Origin: Spizellomyces punctatus DAOM BR117
Taxonomy: Eukaryota
Assembly: GCA_000182565.2 (NCBI GenBank)
Contig: KQ257456.1
Length of the DNA stretch: 37,266 nt
Strand: one strand, 5' to 3'
Each line of letters begins with the position of its first letter. Position 1 is the first letter of the stretch. The position numbers were made by a program, and so were the translations under genes. Below the pieces are notes generated by a model. That model saw nothing but the letters and a program-made list of their open reading frames with translations. It ran no database searches and had not been told where the DNA came from. Below, one piece after another: positions 1 to 10,648 of this stretch.

Positions 1-146
1 AGTTGGTAGTTGGTGGTCGTTCGTCTTCTCACGTTTGCGTAATCTGATGTGCGTGAGACTCGGCGCACACATGCTGCCGATAGGGTGGCTTACTTTTGAA
101 GCCCTTGATTCGTTCTATCGATCCGGCGAGTCACAGAGTCGCACGT

Positions 147-1275
147 TGTCGTGATTCAGGAGGTCCCTACAAGAATTTTAAGTAAAGTTATTACCGGCAC
201 CTAGTGTAGCAACTTCTTGGGTTCCAGGATTCGCCTTGCGCCTTGCAACACCTGGTTACTATAACAGTGCGTTTGTAGGACCCGATTTTTCAGAGCTGTT
301 GTATATTGGTTACTATAATCTCGATTGGATACTTGTCAGGTTACTCCCGGGTACAAAATCGGATACAGATTATTCTACCTTAATCCTCGCCTTTTTATGC
401 TCCATCGCTTCCCCTCCTTTTCCATGGCTCCCGATTCCCCGCCATAATGTATCACTAAATAAAACATTACTCAGCCGCCGCTTGCCGTCCTTCATTTTTT
501 GTCTCTTTCATCTCGTCAAACAATCGGTGAGTTTCTTCCGATGCTCCTGCTCCTTGATCTCGTTCGAACTGTCAAGTTTCGCCGACGCGCGCGCCCAGCT
601 GATTACCTCACACTCAGATAATCGCTGCTCCAGTCACGTGCGTTTGCCTGCGCTCTGAGTCACGCGTTCAATGTCCTAGTCCAGTGACCATATCTCTAAT
701 CTTACAATACAATAGAATACTCGATGTGACCTGAAAAACACATGACCGCGCACGTGACCGTGATGCGTGTTAAGAGTCGGCACCAGTTTCTTACTTTCTT
801 TTAACAATGCATTCAACAAAAACAAAGACTAACTTGAATTATATAAGATATACTTACCTGAGTGGGTGAGAGATGTGCCACGACAAGCAAGTTATGCACA
901 GTAATGCAATCATGCATTTATGTACTCGGCATGCGTGAAGGACTGAATTATATGTAATATAATTTACGATATGGTGCACCCAAAGATGTTCTACGGGATA
1001 AATGCATAATATAAATATAGAGAAGCGCTTCCATATGACATAAGTATCACTACGATATATTTTCTGTATTTTATGGCCTTCTGTCAAGTGCGTTGCGCGC
1101 ACGCCTTTCCACTAGTCCGTGTATGTACAGTAATTGATGCGCGAGTCACGTGGACGCATCTCTTCACATATCGCTTTACCCGCAGTGTCTTGCACTTGTA
1201 GCTTCCTTCGAATCAACCTCATACATTGTATCTTCCTAATGACATTTCCTGAGCTTGCGCGCTCAGCGCACGACA
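147..1275. mobile_element. Solo-LTR-like insertion with 4-bp target site duplication
   Basis: Ends are TGTCGTG (147-153) and CACGACA (1269-1275), a perfect 7-bp inverted repeat with TG..CA. ACGT flanks both sides (143-146, 1276-1279). The paralogous empty site at 7501-7520 (AGTCGC-ACGT-ACGCTATC) has a single ACGT. No gag/pol ORF. Confidence 0.8.
693..1115 (+). mobile_element. Putative non-autonomous Helitron-like element nested in the solo LTR
   Basis: The 3' end has a GC hairpin GTGCG-TTGCG-CGCAC (1088-1102) followed by CTAG|T (1112-1116). A candidate 5' end is A|TCTCTAATC at 692/693 (less certain). Homologous pieces end at the same CTAG|T at 2543-2547 and 3099-3103. Confidence 0.6.
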
Positions 1276-1978
1276 ACGTACGCTATCTTCAGGACTCGAA
1301 ATTCATTAAGGAGAAACGGACACATCTGTCAAACACCTGCCCTCTTGGCTACAATCTTCCCACCCCCAACCAAGGGCCATGATGCCTTTCATCATCCACC
1401 AAGGCAAGTGATGCTGGATGCATTCACTTTCCCTATCCGCGAGAATGATGCAATTTGGTTACTATACAAGTGGCTGGAGCACGACTATCCAACCGGTGGT
1501 ACATTCAATACAACAAAACCAGAGCAGTTGCCTGATCTTGCACAGGACGCATTGCTTGTGCGGTTCCCTGCATTCTTGAGGCCTTATTCAAGATTCCCTT
1601 ATTATCGTTTGTGGATGTCATGGTTGGAGAACTTTGGAAGGTTCGGAAAAAACATTTATGTAAACCTCAGATTCCTCAGAGATTGTGCCGAAAAGTCTGC
1701 CAAAAAGTACGACCAGAGTCGGGTACAGCAACGTTACAGAATCTTCACATTTGGGCCCCCCAAGTAGTATAGTATACGAGCGCTTTGGCTTTTGTTAAGG
1801 GTTGATCTTTGCGTGGCGTTCTTGGGCCATCGCCTGATCAGAAAGAATCAGTCAAATCAGTTGCAGTGATGCAGTAGTCTTTAGCATAGGAATTTAGCCA
1901 AGAATCCTGTATATAAAGAATGTATTCAACAGAGCAAACCAATTTCCATACGTTATCACAATACCATTCTCCCACAGC

Positions 1979-2030
1979 GCGTGGTCGTCTCCGTGGTCGT
2001 CTGCGTGGTTTGCCAGCGTGATTGTCTGCG
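1979..2030 (+). repeat. Degenerate 12-bp tandem repeat (GCGTGGTCGTCT)
   Basis: About four imperfect copies: gcgtggtcgtct ccgtggtcgtct gcgtggtttgcca gcgtgattgtct. Confidence 0.7.
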
Positions 2031-2248
2031 GAAGACTGACAGAGCTGTATGGGCAGCCACCTTATGGCCCGGCTATGGCCGGCCGTAGGGTTAGGATCTA
2101 GCTGGCGATGAGAATTCCAGCTGGTTTTAAATTGGCTGCGAAATGCATATTTCAGCCAAGTCCCAATCGATTATAAGACTCAGGTCCGGACCTACGGGTT
2201 GCCACCAAGTATAACTCTTATACATCTGTACATCATCAAGAGCTGGCG

Positions 2249-2320
2249 GCCCCCATAGCACAGTGGTAGTGCGTCAGTCTTGTAAACTGAAGGTCCCAGG
2301 TTCGAACCCTGGTGCGGGCA
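2249..2320 (+). tRNA. tRNA-Thr(UGU)
   Basis: Cloverleaf: acceptor GCCCCCA/TGCGGGC (one C:C mismatch), D arm GCAC-AGTGGTA-GTGC, anticodon arm TCAGT-CTTGTAA-ACTGA, T arm CCAGG-TTCGAAC-CCTGG. T-runs lie downstream. Confidence 0.9.
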
Positions 2321-2488
2321 TCAATAATTGGTAGTTGTTTCATTTTGTTTCATTTTCATCCCTGAATCCCCCCCTTCATTCTCTCATCCTCCTCCCCCTA
2401 CAACTCCTATCGACCTAATCACCGGACAAGCTGAGCACTGGTTGGATTCCAACTATACTTGCATAGGAAATAAATAATAATAAACTGC

Positions 2489-2546
2489 ATTTTCTGGTTT
2501 TATCAGGTCTTCTGTCAAGTGTGTTGCATGTATGCGTTCACACTAG
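2489..2546 (+). mobile_element. Degenerate 3' end of the Helitron-like family
   Basis: Aligns to 1060-1115 (CTTCTGTCAAGTG..CACTAG|T); the hairpin is eroded by transitions. Confidence 0.55.
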
Positions 2547-2850
2547 TTAACATATATGGCCCGGCCCGTCTTCAATCTGCCCACCCACTTGCTCGTATGT
2601 ATGCATTCGAATCGCTCGTCTGGTGAATACGTCGATACCAGTAGTACTCCTTCATTCTCTCATCCTCCTTCCCCCACCCTATATCCCCCCACTCAAATCC
2701 ATAAATCTTAGAGCATCTCCATCATTTTATGGCACACAATTTTGATGTCCGAGGCTTAAATTTCATTCTTACGGGTGGAGCTTAGAGACATTAAAACCTC
2801 CCCAGGGACATCATTTCCCTGCGCCACTCCACATATTTGATGTCCAAACG

Positions 2851-3102
2851 CAAAGAACAAAGCTTGAATTATATAGGTATATTTACCTGAGTGAGTGAGA
2901 TGTGCTACGACAAGCAAGTGAGGCATAGTAATGCATCTATGTACACGGAATGTGGGAAGACTGGATAGTGTAATTATTTATGGAAGATATGGTGCAATCA
3001 AAGACATTTTTTACGGGGGAACTGCATAATGTAGAATATAGAGAACTGCTTCCATAGGATAAAATAGCCATTAGCTGCATCTGCCGCACGCCTTTCTACT
3101 AG
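2851..3102 (+). mobile_element. Diverged partial copy of the Helitron-like family
   Basis: Aligns to about 823-1115 (CTTGAATTATATA..TTACCTGAGTG..ACGACAAGCAAGT..GATATGGTGCA..CGCACGCCTTTC..ACTAG|T). Confidence 0.65.
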
Positions 3103-3608
3103 TAATCCTATAATGTGTATGGGTGGTTGAAACGCGCCGAGTGATAAAAAATTTAACTATAAAGCGGCTTGATCCCCCTACATTCCTTAAAACAGCGGCC
3201 CAAACCCTCTAACGCCACATCTATCATTATACCAGAAAGAGAAGAATAAAATGAAACATGATAAAATTTGTGTTCATGGGTGCACTAGTACTAAGTGTTT
3301 CATACAACATTCCCATATTCTCTCTCCCCAAAATGTGAGACAAGACAAGAAAGAAAAAGCGGCCAGTGTTCCCTGCTTTCTCTTGGTGTTGGTGTGTGTG
3401 TGTGTGTGGGAATATTCATACCTCATTGGCAAGAAGAAGGAAGGCGCTTTTGCACTTGGCCGTGCGTTTATTATAGAACAGTAGGGTTAGAACAAAAAGG
3501 ACGTTTGTGTGTATTTGAAAAGGTGAGTTTATTCTGTGGTCGTCTTCCTTCTTTCCCACACACACACACGCTCATCTCTTTTCATCTCGTTTAGAGGGGA
3601 ATTCAGAA

Positions 3609-6600
3609 ATGTCTTACAACCAACCACCTCCACCACGCTATGCTCGCCCACCTCCTTCTTCAGCTGGTTCTTCAGTTTCTTCTTCTTCTTATTCACAACA
3701 ACAACAACAACAGAGATCCTATACCCAAACATCAACTCCTTCTCCTACGCAGTATTCAAGGCCTTTTACTCCTCCCATGCAGCAACCACGCTATGGGCCG
3801 CCTTCTCCAATGCATCCATTGAATCATGCGGTGGATATGCCCATGCCTTTTCAGGGTGAGTATAGCGATTGTGTGAGCGTTTGTAACAAGCGAGTAGTGA
3901 GGGAGGGAATCAGTTGGAGTGCGCAGACGCGTTATGTCTTGACATTGGGAAACTCGCGGATGGGATACGCAGACGCGTTTTTCAAATTATGTGCGGTGGA
4001 CGGTTACGCTTTCGTATTGGGAAGAGAGCGCCTCACTTTTGCCAATCTCGCCTTTGTATGCAAAAAGTGCTAACCCTACTCTGGTAGGCCCCCCACCGGG
4101 CGGATACTCTGCTCCTTCGGTCAACAACGCCTACGCAAGCCGCAAGCGCACTGTCCGCAAAATCCCCTTGACACCTCAAGGAAACCTTGTCATTGACATA
4201 CCCGTCCCCGACCGCGTACTCTCAAACGCAAAACTCCGCACGGGGGAAGAATTCACTCATATGCGCTACACAGCGGTCACGTGTCCCGCAGACGACTTTA
4301 CAACCCGCGGGTACTCGCTCCGTCAACAAGAGTATAACCGCCACACGGAAATCTTTATCGTCGTCACAATGTACAATGAAGACGACTTTTTGTTTTGCAA
4401 ATCCATGACGGCCATCATGAAAAACATTGCTCATCTGTGTACGCGCTCTCGCTCCAAAACATGGGGAAACGATGGCTGGAAGAAAGTCGTTGTGTGTATC
4501 GTCTCGGATGGACGTACCAAAGTGAATCCTCGGGTTTTGGATGTCTTGGGTTTGATGGGCGTCTTTCAGGATGGGATCATGAAAGATCATGTCAATGAGA
4601 AACCCGTGACTGCCCACTTGTTTGAATACACAACGCAGGTGGCCGTTGATACAGAGTTGAAATTGAAGGGTCCTGAAAAGGGATTTGTTCCCGTGCAGAT
4701 TCTGTTTTGTCTCAAGGAAAAGAATGCCAAAAAGGTGAGTTTGCGTTAGGATCCGGCTTAGGGTTGGTAGGGTTTGGGTAGGATCGTTAGGTTCAGGTTC
4801 GCCTTCGGGATAGGGCTCAGTTTAGGATTTTCGCGGTCTGGGTTAGGATCTTTACGGTTCGCATTCGCGTGCGGTTTAAGGCTTGTGTTCGTCTTCGTGT
4901 TCGCGTTCTCGTTCGCGTCGTGTTCAGCTTAAGGTGTTGGTGTTCGCGTTCGGGTTTGGCGTGGAGCCATGCCTCGCCTTCGCTCATTATGGACCTGGAG
5001 AGCAAAATTGAGCTATGGCGAATGGATGGCACACGAGGAGGGATCGCACTGTTATTGTCGTTGTGGGTGGGAGGTTGCCACTGTGCAACTCACTGCTGTT
5101 CGTTGCACAGACTCACTAACGTGTGTTTGCATATCGTTCCCTAGATCAACTCACACCGTTGGTTCTTTAATGCGTTTGGCCCGCTTCTCCGCCCCAATGT
5201 CTGCATGCTCATTGACGTGGGTACCAAGCCCCAAGACACGGCCCTCTACCACTTGTGGAAAGCCTTTGACCGTGACCCCTCCATCGGAGGTGCTTGTGGA
5301 GAAATCTATGCCGAACTTGGCACAGGCTGCAGCAAGCTTATCAACCCCCTCGTCGCCGCACAAAATTTCGAATACAAAATGTCCAATATTCTGGACAAGC
5401 CCCTTGAATCTGTCTTTGGTTACATTTCGGTTCTTCCTGGTGCCTTTTCTGCGTATCGCTATGTCGCATTGCAAGGCAAACCCTTGTCGCAGTACTTTAA
5501 AGGCGAGACCATGCATGGCGGTGCCGACATTTTTGCTGCAAACATGTACCTCGCCGAAGACCGTATCCTCTGTTTTGAACTCGTCACGAAACGGAGTCAA
5601 GCTTGGTTACTCAAATATGTGAAATCCGCCAAAGCCGAAACAGACGTCCCGGACTCTGTGCCTGAATTTATTTCGCAACGTCGGCGGTGGTTGAATGGAT
5701 CGTTTTTTGCCGGTGTGCATGCCTTGACGCATTGGTACTACCTTTGGAGGAGTGGACATGGGATTTTCCGGAAATTGTTGTTGATGCTCGAGTTTTCGTA
5801 CAATTTCATCATGTTGATTTTCAATTGGTTTGGACTGGTGAGTTGCCTCAGCCTTTAGCTTTTGCTTATCCAGTGTTGGTTATTAATGGTTCGCGCCTTT
5901 TATAGTCCTTTTTCTATCTTACCTTTTACTTTTTGGCCAACGCCCGCATCCCTGGCAGCCCCGGCACCGATGGCCAGTCTGACCCGTTTGACCCCTACGG
6001 CTTTTACGTCTTTCAAGTCCTCCGCCAAGTCTATCTCATGGCCCTCATCATCTGCTTCATTTCTTCCATGGGAAATCGCCCGCAAGGTTCCAAATACATT
6101 TACATCTCCTGCATGTTCCTCTTTGCGATCATTATGGGCATCATGCTCTTTTATTGTGGATGGAACGTGTACCTCACGATTCCTAAATCGAGTCAAGAGT
6201 GGAGTAACCTGGGTACGATTATTCAGCAGCGGCCTGCGTTGCGGGATATTGTCATTTCTTTGGCGAGTACCTACGGACTCTATGTCATATCGTCGTTGCT
6301 GTATATGGAGCCCTGGCATATGATTACGAGTTTTATTCAGTACTTGTTTTTGATGCCGAGCTTTTTGAATATTTTGATGATTTACGCATGTAAGTTTTTT
6401 TCGTTGGCGTTTTGTTTCTCCCTCGCTCTCGTCTTGAGTCCTTGTTTCTAAAACTCTTGATCTATAGTCTCCAACCTCCACGACGTCTCATGGGGAACAA
6501 AAGGTGACAACGGAAACGCAACCGATCTAGGCCAAGTAACCTCCTCAAAAACCAAAGACGGCACGCAAATCGTCTCTGTGGAAATTCCAACAGACCGAAC

Positions 6601-7001
6601 AGACATCAACGCCAATTACGACAAATTCCTCGCATCCCTCCGTCAGCCCCGACCAACCGAATCCACCAAACGGGACGCCAAAACCAAACAAGAAGATTAT
6701 TTCCGACAATTCCGTACCCGGGTTTTACTTTGGTGGATGTTTACGAATGCGGCTGTTGTTGTTGTGCTTACCAATGATGCGTTGCGGGATTCAATGTTTA
6801 CAAAATTGGGGGTTGATGGGAATGGGGGGCAGTTCAATCCCTTCTTGAAGGTGAGTTTGGCTTTCATGTCTTGCCTTCATGTTTTCTTTTTTTTTTCTAA
6901 CTTTTTATCTTTAGTTTACGTTTTACTCCGTACTCGGTATCTCAGCCATTCGATTCGTCGGATGTGTCGCATACCTAATCCAACGCATGATCTGTGGATA
7001 A
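3609..7001 (+). CDS. CHS: Chitin synthase, division 1 (class I/II/III type), 6 exons
   Basis: Exons 3609-3856, 4088-4734, 5145-5837, 5906-6389, 6468-6850, 6915-7001 with GT-AG introns in frame. Motifs [40 protein letters not shown] and [10 protein letters not shown] are present. Confidence 0.97.
4745..4960 (+). repeat. Degenerate hexamer tract (TTAGGG-like grading to TTCGCG) in CHS intron 2
   Basis: 6-bp periodicity: gttagg, cttagg, ttcagg, ttcggg, ataggg, ttagga, ttcgca, ttcgcg, ttcgtg, ttaagg. Confidence 0.6.
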
Positions 7002-7428
7002 AACTCGATCCTTTCTCTCTCTGTGTGTTTTGTTGTTTTTGTATCTTTTTTTTTGCGCGTAGAGCGGTTTTAGGCTATTTCAATAGGGTGCAATTGTCTA
7101 TGGGTGTGGGGCGGGTCCCCTCCATCTTATTGATTGTGGGGTTGGGTGTGTGGGTGGGATACAGTATATAGAAAGTGGATATAGATGTGGTTTGTACTAT
7201 TTTTTTTTTTTTTGTGTGTTTCGTTTTTTGCATATGTTTAGGTACTTTTTTGTTTTTGAATCCGTGTCCCGTTATTTGCTTTTTGTTGGTTTTTTTTGAA
7301 GGTTGGGATGGATGTGAACTCCCCTGCATGACCATGTTGACAACACGTCCATTCAAAGTCGTACCAAGCTCGTTTATGATACTCGCATCTCACTATACAT
7401 CAAAACAATCTCCAAAAAAACCGTGCAC

Positions 7429-8370
7429 CTGATGTGCATGAGACTCGGCGCACACAAGCTGCTTACTTTTGAAGCCTTGATTCATTCTATCGATCCGCCG
7501 AGTCGCACGTACGCTATCTTCAGGACTCGAAATTCATTAAGGAGAAACGGACACATCTGTCAAACACCTGCCCTCTTGGCTACAATCTTCCCACCCCCAA
7601 CCAAGGGCCGTGATGCCTTTCGTCATCCACCAAGGCAAGCGATGCTGGATGCATTCACTTTCCCTATCCGCGAGAATGATGCCATTTTGGTTACTATACA
7701 AGTGGCTGGAGCACGACTATCCAACTGGTGGTACATTCAATACAACAAAACCAGAGCGGTTGCCTGATCTTGCGCAGGACGCATTGCTTGTGCGGTTCCC
7801 CGCATTCTTGAGGCCTTATTCAAGATTCCCTTATTATCTTTTGTGGATGTCATGGTTGGAGAACTTTGGAAGGTTCGGAAAAAACATTTATGTAAACATC
7901 AGATTCCTCAGAGATTGTGCCGAAAAGTCTGCCAAAAAGTACGACCAGAGTGGGGTACAGCAACGTTACAGAATCTTCACATTTGGGCCCCCAAGTAATC
8001 ATCGCATCAAGACGTTCTTAGCATATTTCGTGCAACCCATATGGAATCTGGGCCATCGCCTGATCAGAAAGAATCAGTACCGCCACCTTCAAATCAGTTG
8101 CAGTGATGCAGTAGTCTTTAGCATAGGAATTTAGCCAAGAATCCTGTATATACAACTCGAGTCGAAGTTTTTATCGATCAGACAGGGCAGAAACAGAGCA
8201 GTGGTTTGAATTTGATGTATTTAAATGACGAATATGTGGTATTCCACCCCTTTGCTGCGTGCCGATGACAAAATCCGGGTGTTCCAAGCAGTTTCTTCTA
8301 TTGCGGTTGTTGTGGTTGCATTCTTTAACTCGCCATTTTATAGCTGTAAAGAATGTATTCAACAGAGCAA
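7429..8370 (+). repeat. Dispersed repeat R1, copy B (uninterrupted; ORF frameshifted relative to copy A)
   Basis: Near-identical to copy A. GCCATTTTGG (7681-7690) versus GCAATTTGG in copy A shifts the frame. Its start contains an inverted repeat GACTCGGCG..CGCCGAGTC (arms 7434-7450 and 7496-7512). Confidence 0.9.
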
Positions 8371-8667
8371 GTCGCGGCAGAAGCCATAGCGACACTAAAT
8401 CCCCACAACTAGCTTCTCAACTCTAACCCTAGGTTTACAGGAACCAAACAGAGTACGTCAACCGCTTGATCACCCGCACGGAAGCCTCTAAATCCTGCTC
8501 GGTTCACCTTAACCGAATCCCTTGCCTCTCGCCCACTTTATCGCTACCGAAACCCCAAAAGAGGATTCAAAGACTGCATTTCCCAGCACGGCAACCCAAT
8601 CTACCTGCTCGGGAACATCCATAATCAGTCTTAAAATCCGTTACACTAGGTTGGAGACCAGTCAAAC

Positions 8668-8979
8668 TGAACTCTGGTGAAAACTCTGAATTTCTGGTCA
8701 AAAGACCAGTAATGTCAATAGTCTCACGAAGCTTTGTCAAAAGACTTTGTTTGGAGCTCAAAAAGATTGAACTCTGGTGAAAAATTTGACCTTCTGGTCA
8801 ATATGCCAGTAAAGTCTTTAGTTTTTCAACTCTTTAGTTAAAAATCTGAATAACTCAAAAGTCGATGTGAACCTTTGAGTTTCTTAACCAAAAGACCAGT
8901 GTAGTTCTCAAATATGAACATTTCTGGTCAAAAGACTAGAAAACCTCTTAGTTTCAAAACTCTCTAGTCAAAAGACTAA
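8668..8979. repeat. Array of palindromic 16-mers (CTGGTC-AAAA-GACCAG) with an underlying period near 100 bp
   Basis: Copies at 8694, 8733, 8794, 8884, 8924 and 8964. TGAACTCTGGTGAAAA occurs at 8668 and 8768. Confidence 0.75.
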
Positions 8980-9383
8980 TAAATCCCACAGTTGGTGCGC
9001 TGTTTCCTTAGCAAAACTAAGGGACAACAGCAAATATTCAAATGTCAAAATCACTTGGTAAGTTCTTAATAATCCTTTGGATTGTGTGTCAAAGTTTTGT
9101 ATTTTGCACCGGTGAAGACTTGTCCCCACCCATGATAGGAAACATGGGATTTTCGCACCCCAGTAACTGTGGCAATCCAAATGTCTCTTTCACAGGTGTT
9201 TGGAACATGACCACCAAAATTCACAGAACAATAGTTTTGCTACATAGACAGTAGTTCTGCTATCTCCAATCAATTTGCGCCAACAAACTAGCTAAACTAA
9301 CCAAGACAATGACCTTCCCCCATGATTTTACATCAAGAGACTAGCTAAACTAACTAAAACCATAGTTTCTTGTTCTTTGTTAT

Positions 9384-9444
9384 ACAGATGTGTCTGTTTC
9401 TCCTTAATGAATTTCGAGTCCTGAAGATAGCGTAGGTGCGACTC
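9384..9444 (-). repeat. Inverted copy of R1 segment 7500-7560 (possible TIR)
   Basis: The reverse complement matches 7500-7560 at 59/61 positions. Confidence 0.9.
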
Positions 9445-9475
9445 TTATATGTGAATCGCCATGCATGCACTCTGT

Positions 9476-9680
9476 GCAATTCTCTCATGTCCCGGTTTCA
9501 CACTTGTACGCTGCATACATTCCTTATTCCCTTGCATCCGGTGTCCGGCTTCCATCAAGCTTAGATCCATAGAACATACAAGAAAACGATGCACGAATCG
9601 ACAGACAGATATATTCAACAAGACCCCAACGTATGCCTAGAAGTATACAAAAAGTAAAGCACTATGTACACACATAATCG
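9476..9680. repeat. Dispersed repeat R3, copy 1
   Basis: Shares ACTTGTACGCTG..AAGCTTAGATCCATA..CACGAATCGACAGACAGATATATTCAAC..GTAAAGCACTA with 11257-11623 and 34736-35229. Confidence 0.9.
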
Positions 9681-9951
9681 ATCACAGGGCTTTGAAAGAG
9701 TTGGAACTTTCCGTTGTCAAGGTAAACATGATGGAAGAACCCGCTGGCACAAAGGCAGAAACAAAGGTAGAGGAAAAAATTCGTGTAGAAAAGTCTGCTA
9801 AACTGAAGAAGAAAAGAAGAGATCAAAAGCGAAAGCGAAAGCCAAGTCCAGAACGCGGAACACTGGGTGGTCTGGTACGGACATTGCTGTAGGACTGGGT
9901 ATGGCGTCAAGAAACACAATCATTTGTGGAAATAATCTTGTCAACGTATAC

Positions 9952-10140
9952 TTTCTAGCACGTCTGTCAAGTCTGTGATATGTTTGAAAGGTAATCCACG
10001 TGCCCACGCGTATACGACCTCCACCAGTCCAAATTTCAGACCCGCCATCACATCTTCCAAGCACACATCTAGTCCGCAATTATGTTGCACTTTTGCGACT
10101 CGGGTGCCAATTTCAATGATGGCTTCGTTTTTGGTAAGTC
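9952..10140 (-). pseudogene. SKI2: Fragment of Ski2-type RNA helicase C-terminal (DSHCT) domain
   Basis: Manual minus-strand translation (absent from the ORF track): RLTKNEAIIEIGTRVAKVQHNCGLDVCLEDVMAGLKFGLVEVVYAWARGLPFKHITDLTDVLE, matching the Ski2/SKIV2L motif FGLVEVVYEWARG. There is an in-frame stop just upstream and no helicase core nearby. Confidence 0.85.
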
Positions 10141-10648
10141 GATACGTGTAAAACTAACAGCTCTCTGTACTGCATTATTATTGATAGATTTGTTGAGGGA
10201 CACGCTTTGGCACATTTTCACACGACGAAACATCCATGTGCGACTGACTTGGACTCTACGGGATGCTATTGGTAGAAACATCTGATATCCCAAACGTTGG
10301 TCCGGGCAAGGCCTTTTGCAACTCGACTAATTGCTGTTGCAAAAGTTGGGGATCAATTCCAGGAACGGGCCACTGCATCACACATCTTGGATCTCTTGGA
10401 TGTACTTGTGAAGTTTTCGCATGCTTACTGGCTTCATGGTGTTGACAGTGATTTGAGTACTCTGCAACCTTGCGTATGAGAATCGAAATGAGGTTACCTT
10501 TGTCAAAAACAGATCCGCACCAGCCGCCAAAGCAGCCAGACTATGACACCCGCCTCTGCGACCTAAAAATCCTCATTCAATCCCTCCCCCTCCCAAACTA
10601 CACCACCCTCGAATACTCATTCTCTGGGTTATTTAATAACTGAACGTT

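Larger units (their letters stand above)
44..1937 (+). repeat. Dispersed repeat R1, copy A (interrupted at 147-1275 by an LTR-like insertion)
   Basis: 44-146 aligns to 7429-7510 and 1276-1912 aligns to 7507-8151. TAAAGAATGTATTCAACAGAGCAA at 1914-1937 recurs at 8347-8370, so copy A lacks about 195 bp present in copy B. Contains a reading frame with no family I recognise (..LLYKWLEHDYPTGGTFNTTKPE..). Confidence 0.9.

Noticed and set aside
236..658. 140-aa ORF inside the LTR-like element
   Set aside because: Non-ATG start and no domain; most likely a chance ORF.
2374..2675. 26-bp direct repeat CCTTCATTCTCTCATCCTCCT(T)CCCCC near 2374 and 2649
   Set aside because: Real but low-complexity, and too long for a typical TSD; no element could be defined between the copies.
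2708..2721. TTA|GAGCATCTCCA resembling a PIF/Harbinger (Tourist) terminus
   Set aside because: No matching TGGAGATGCTC right end or TSD was found nearby.
8345..8645. Possible second solo LTR (TGTAA..TTACA)
   Set aside because: The flanks ATAGC and CTAGG do not form a TSD and there is no second full copy.
8668..8979. CRISPR-like reading of the palindrome array
   Set aside because: Repeats are short and degenerate, spacing is irregular and the spacers are mutually similar.
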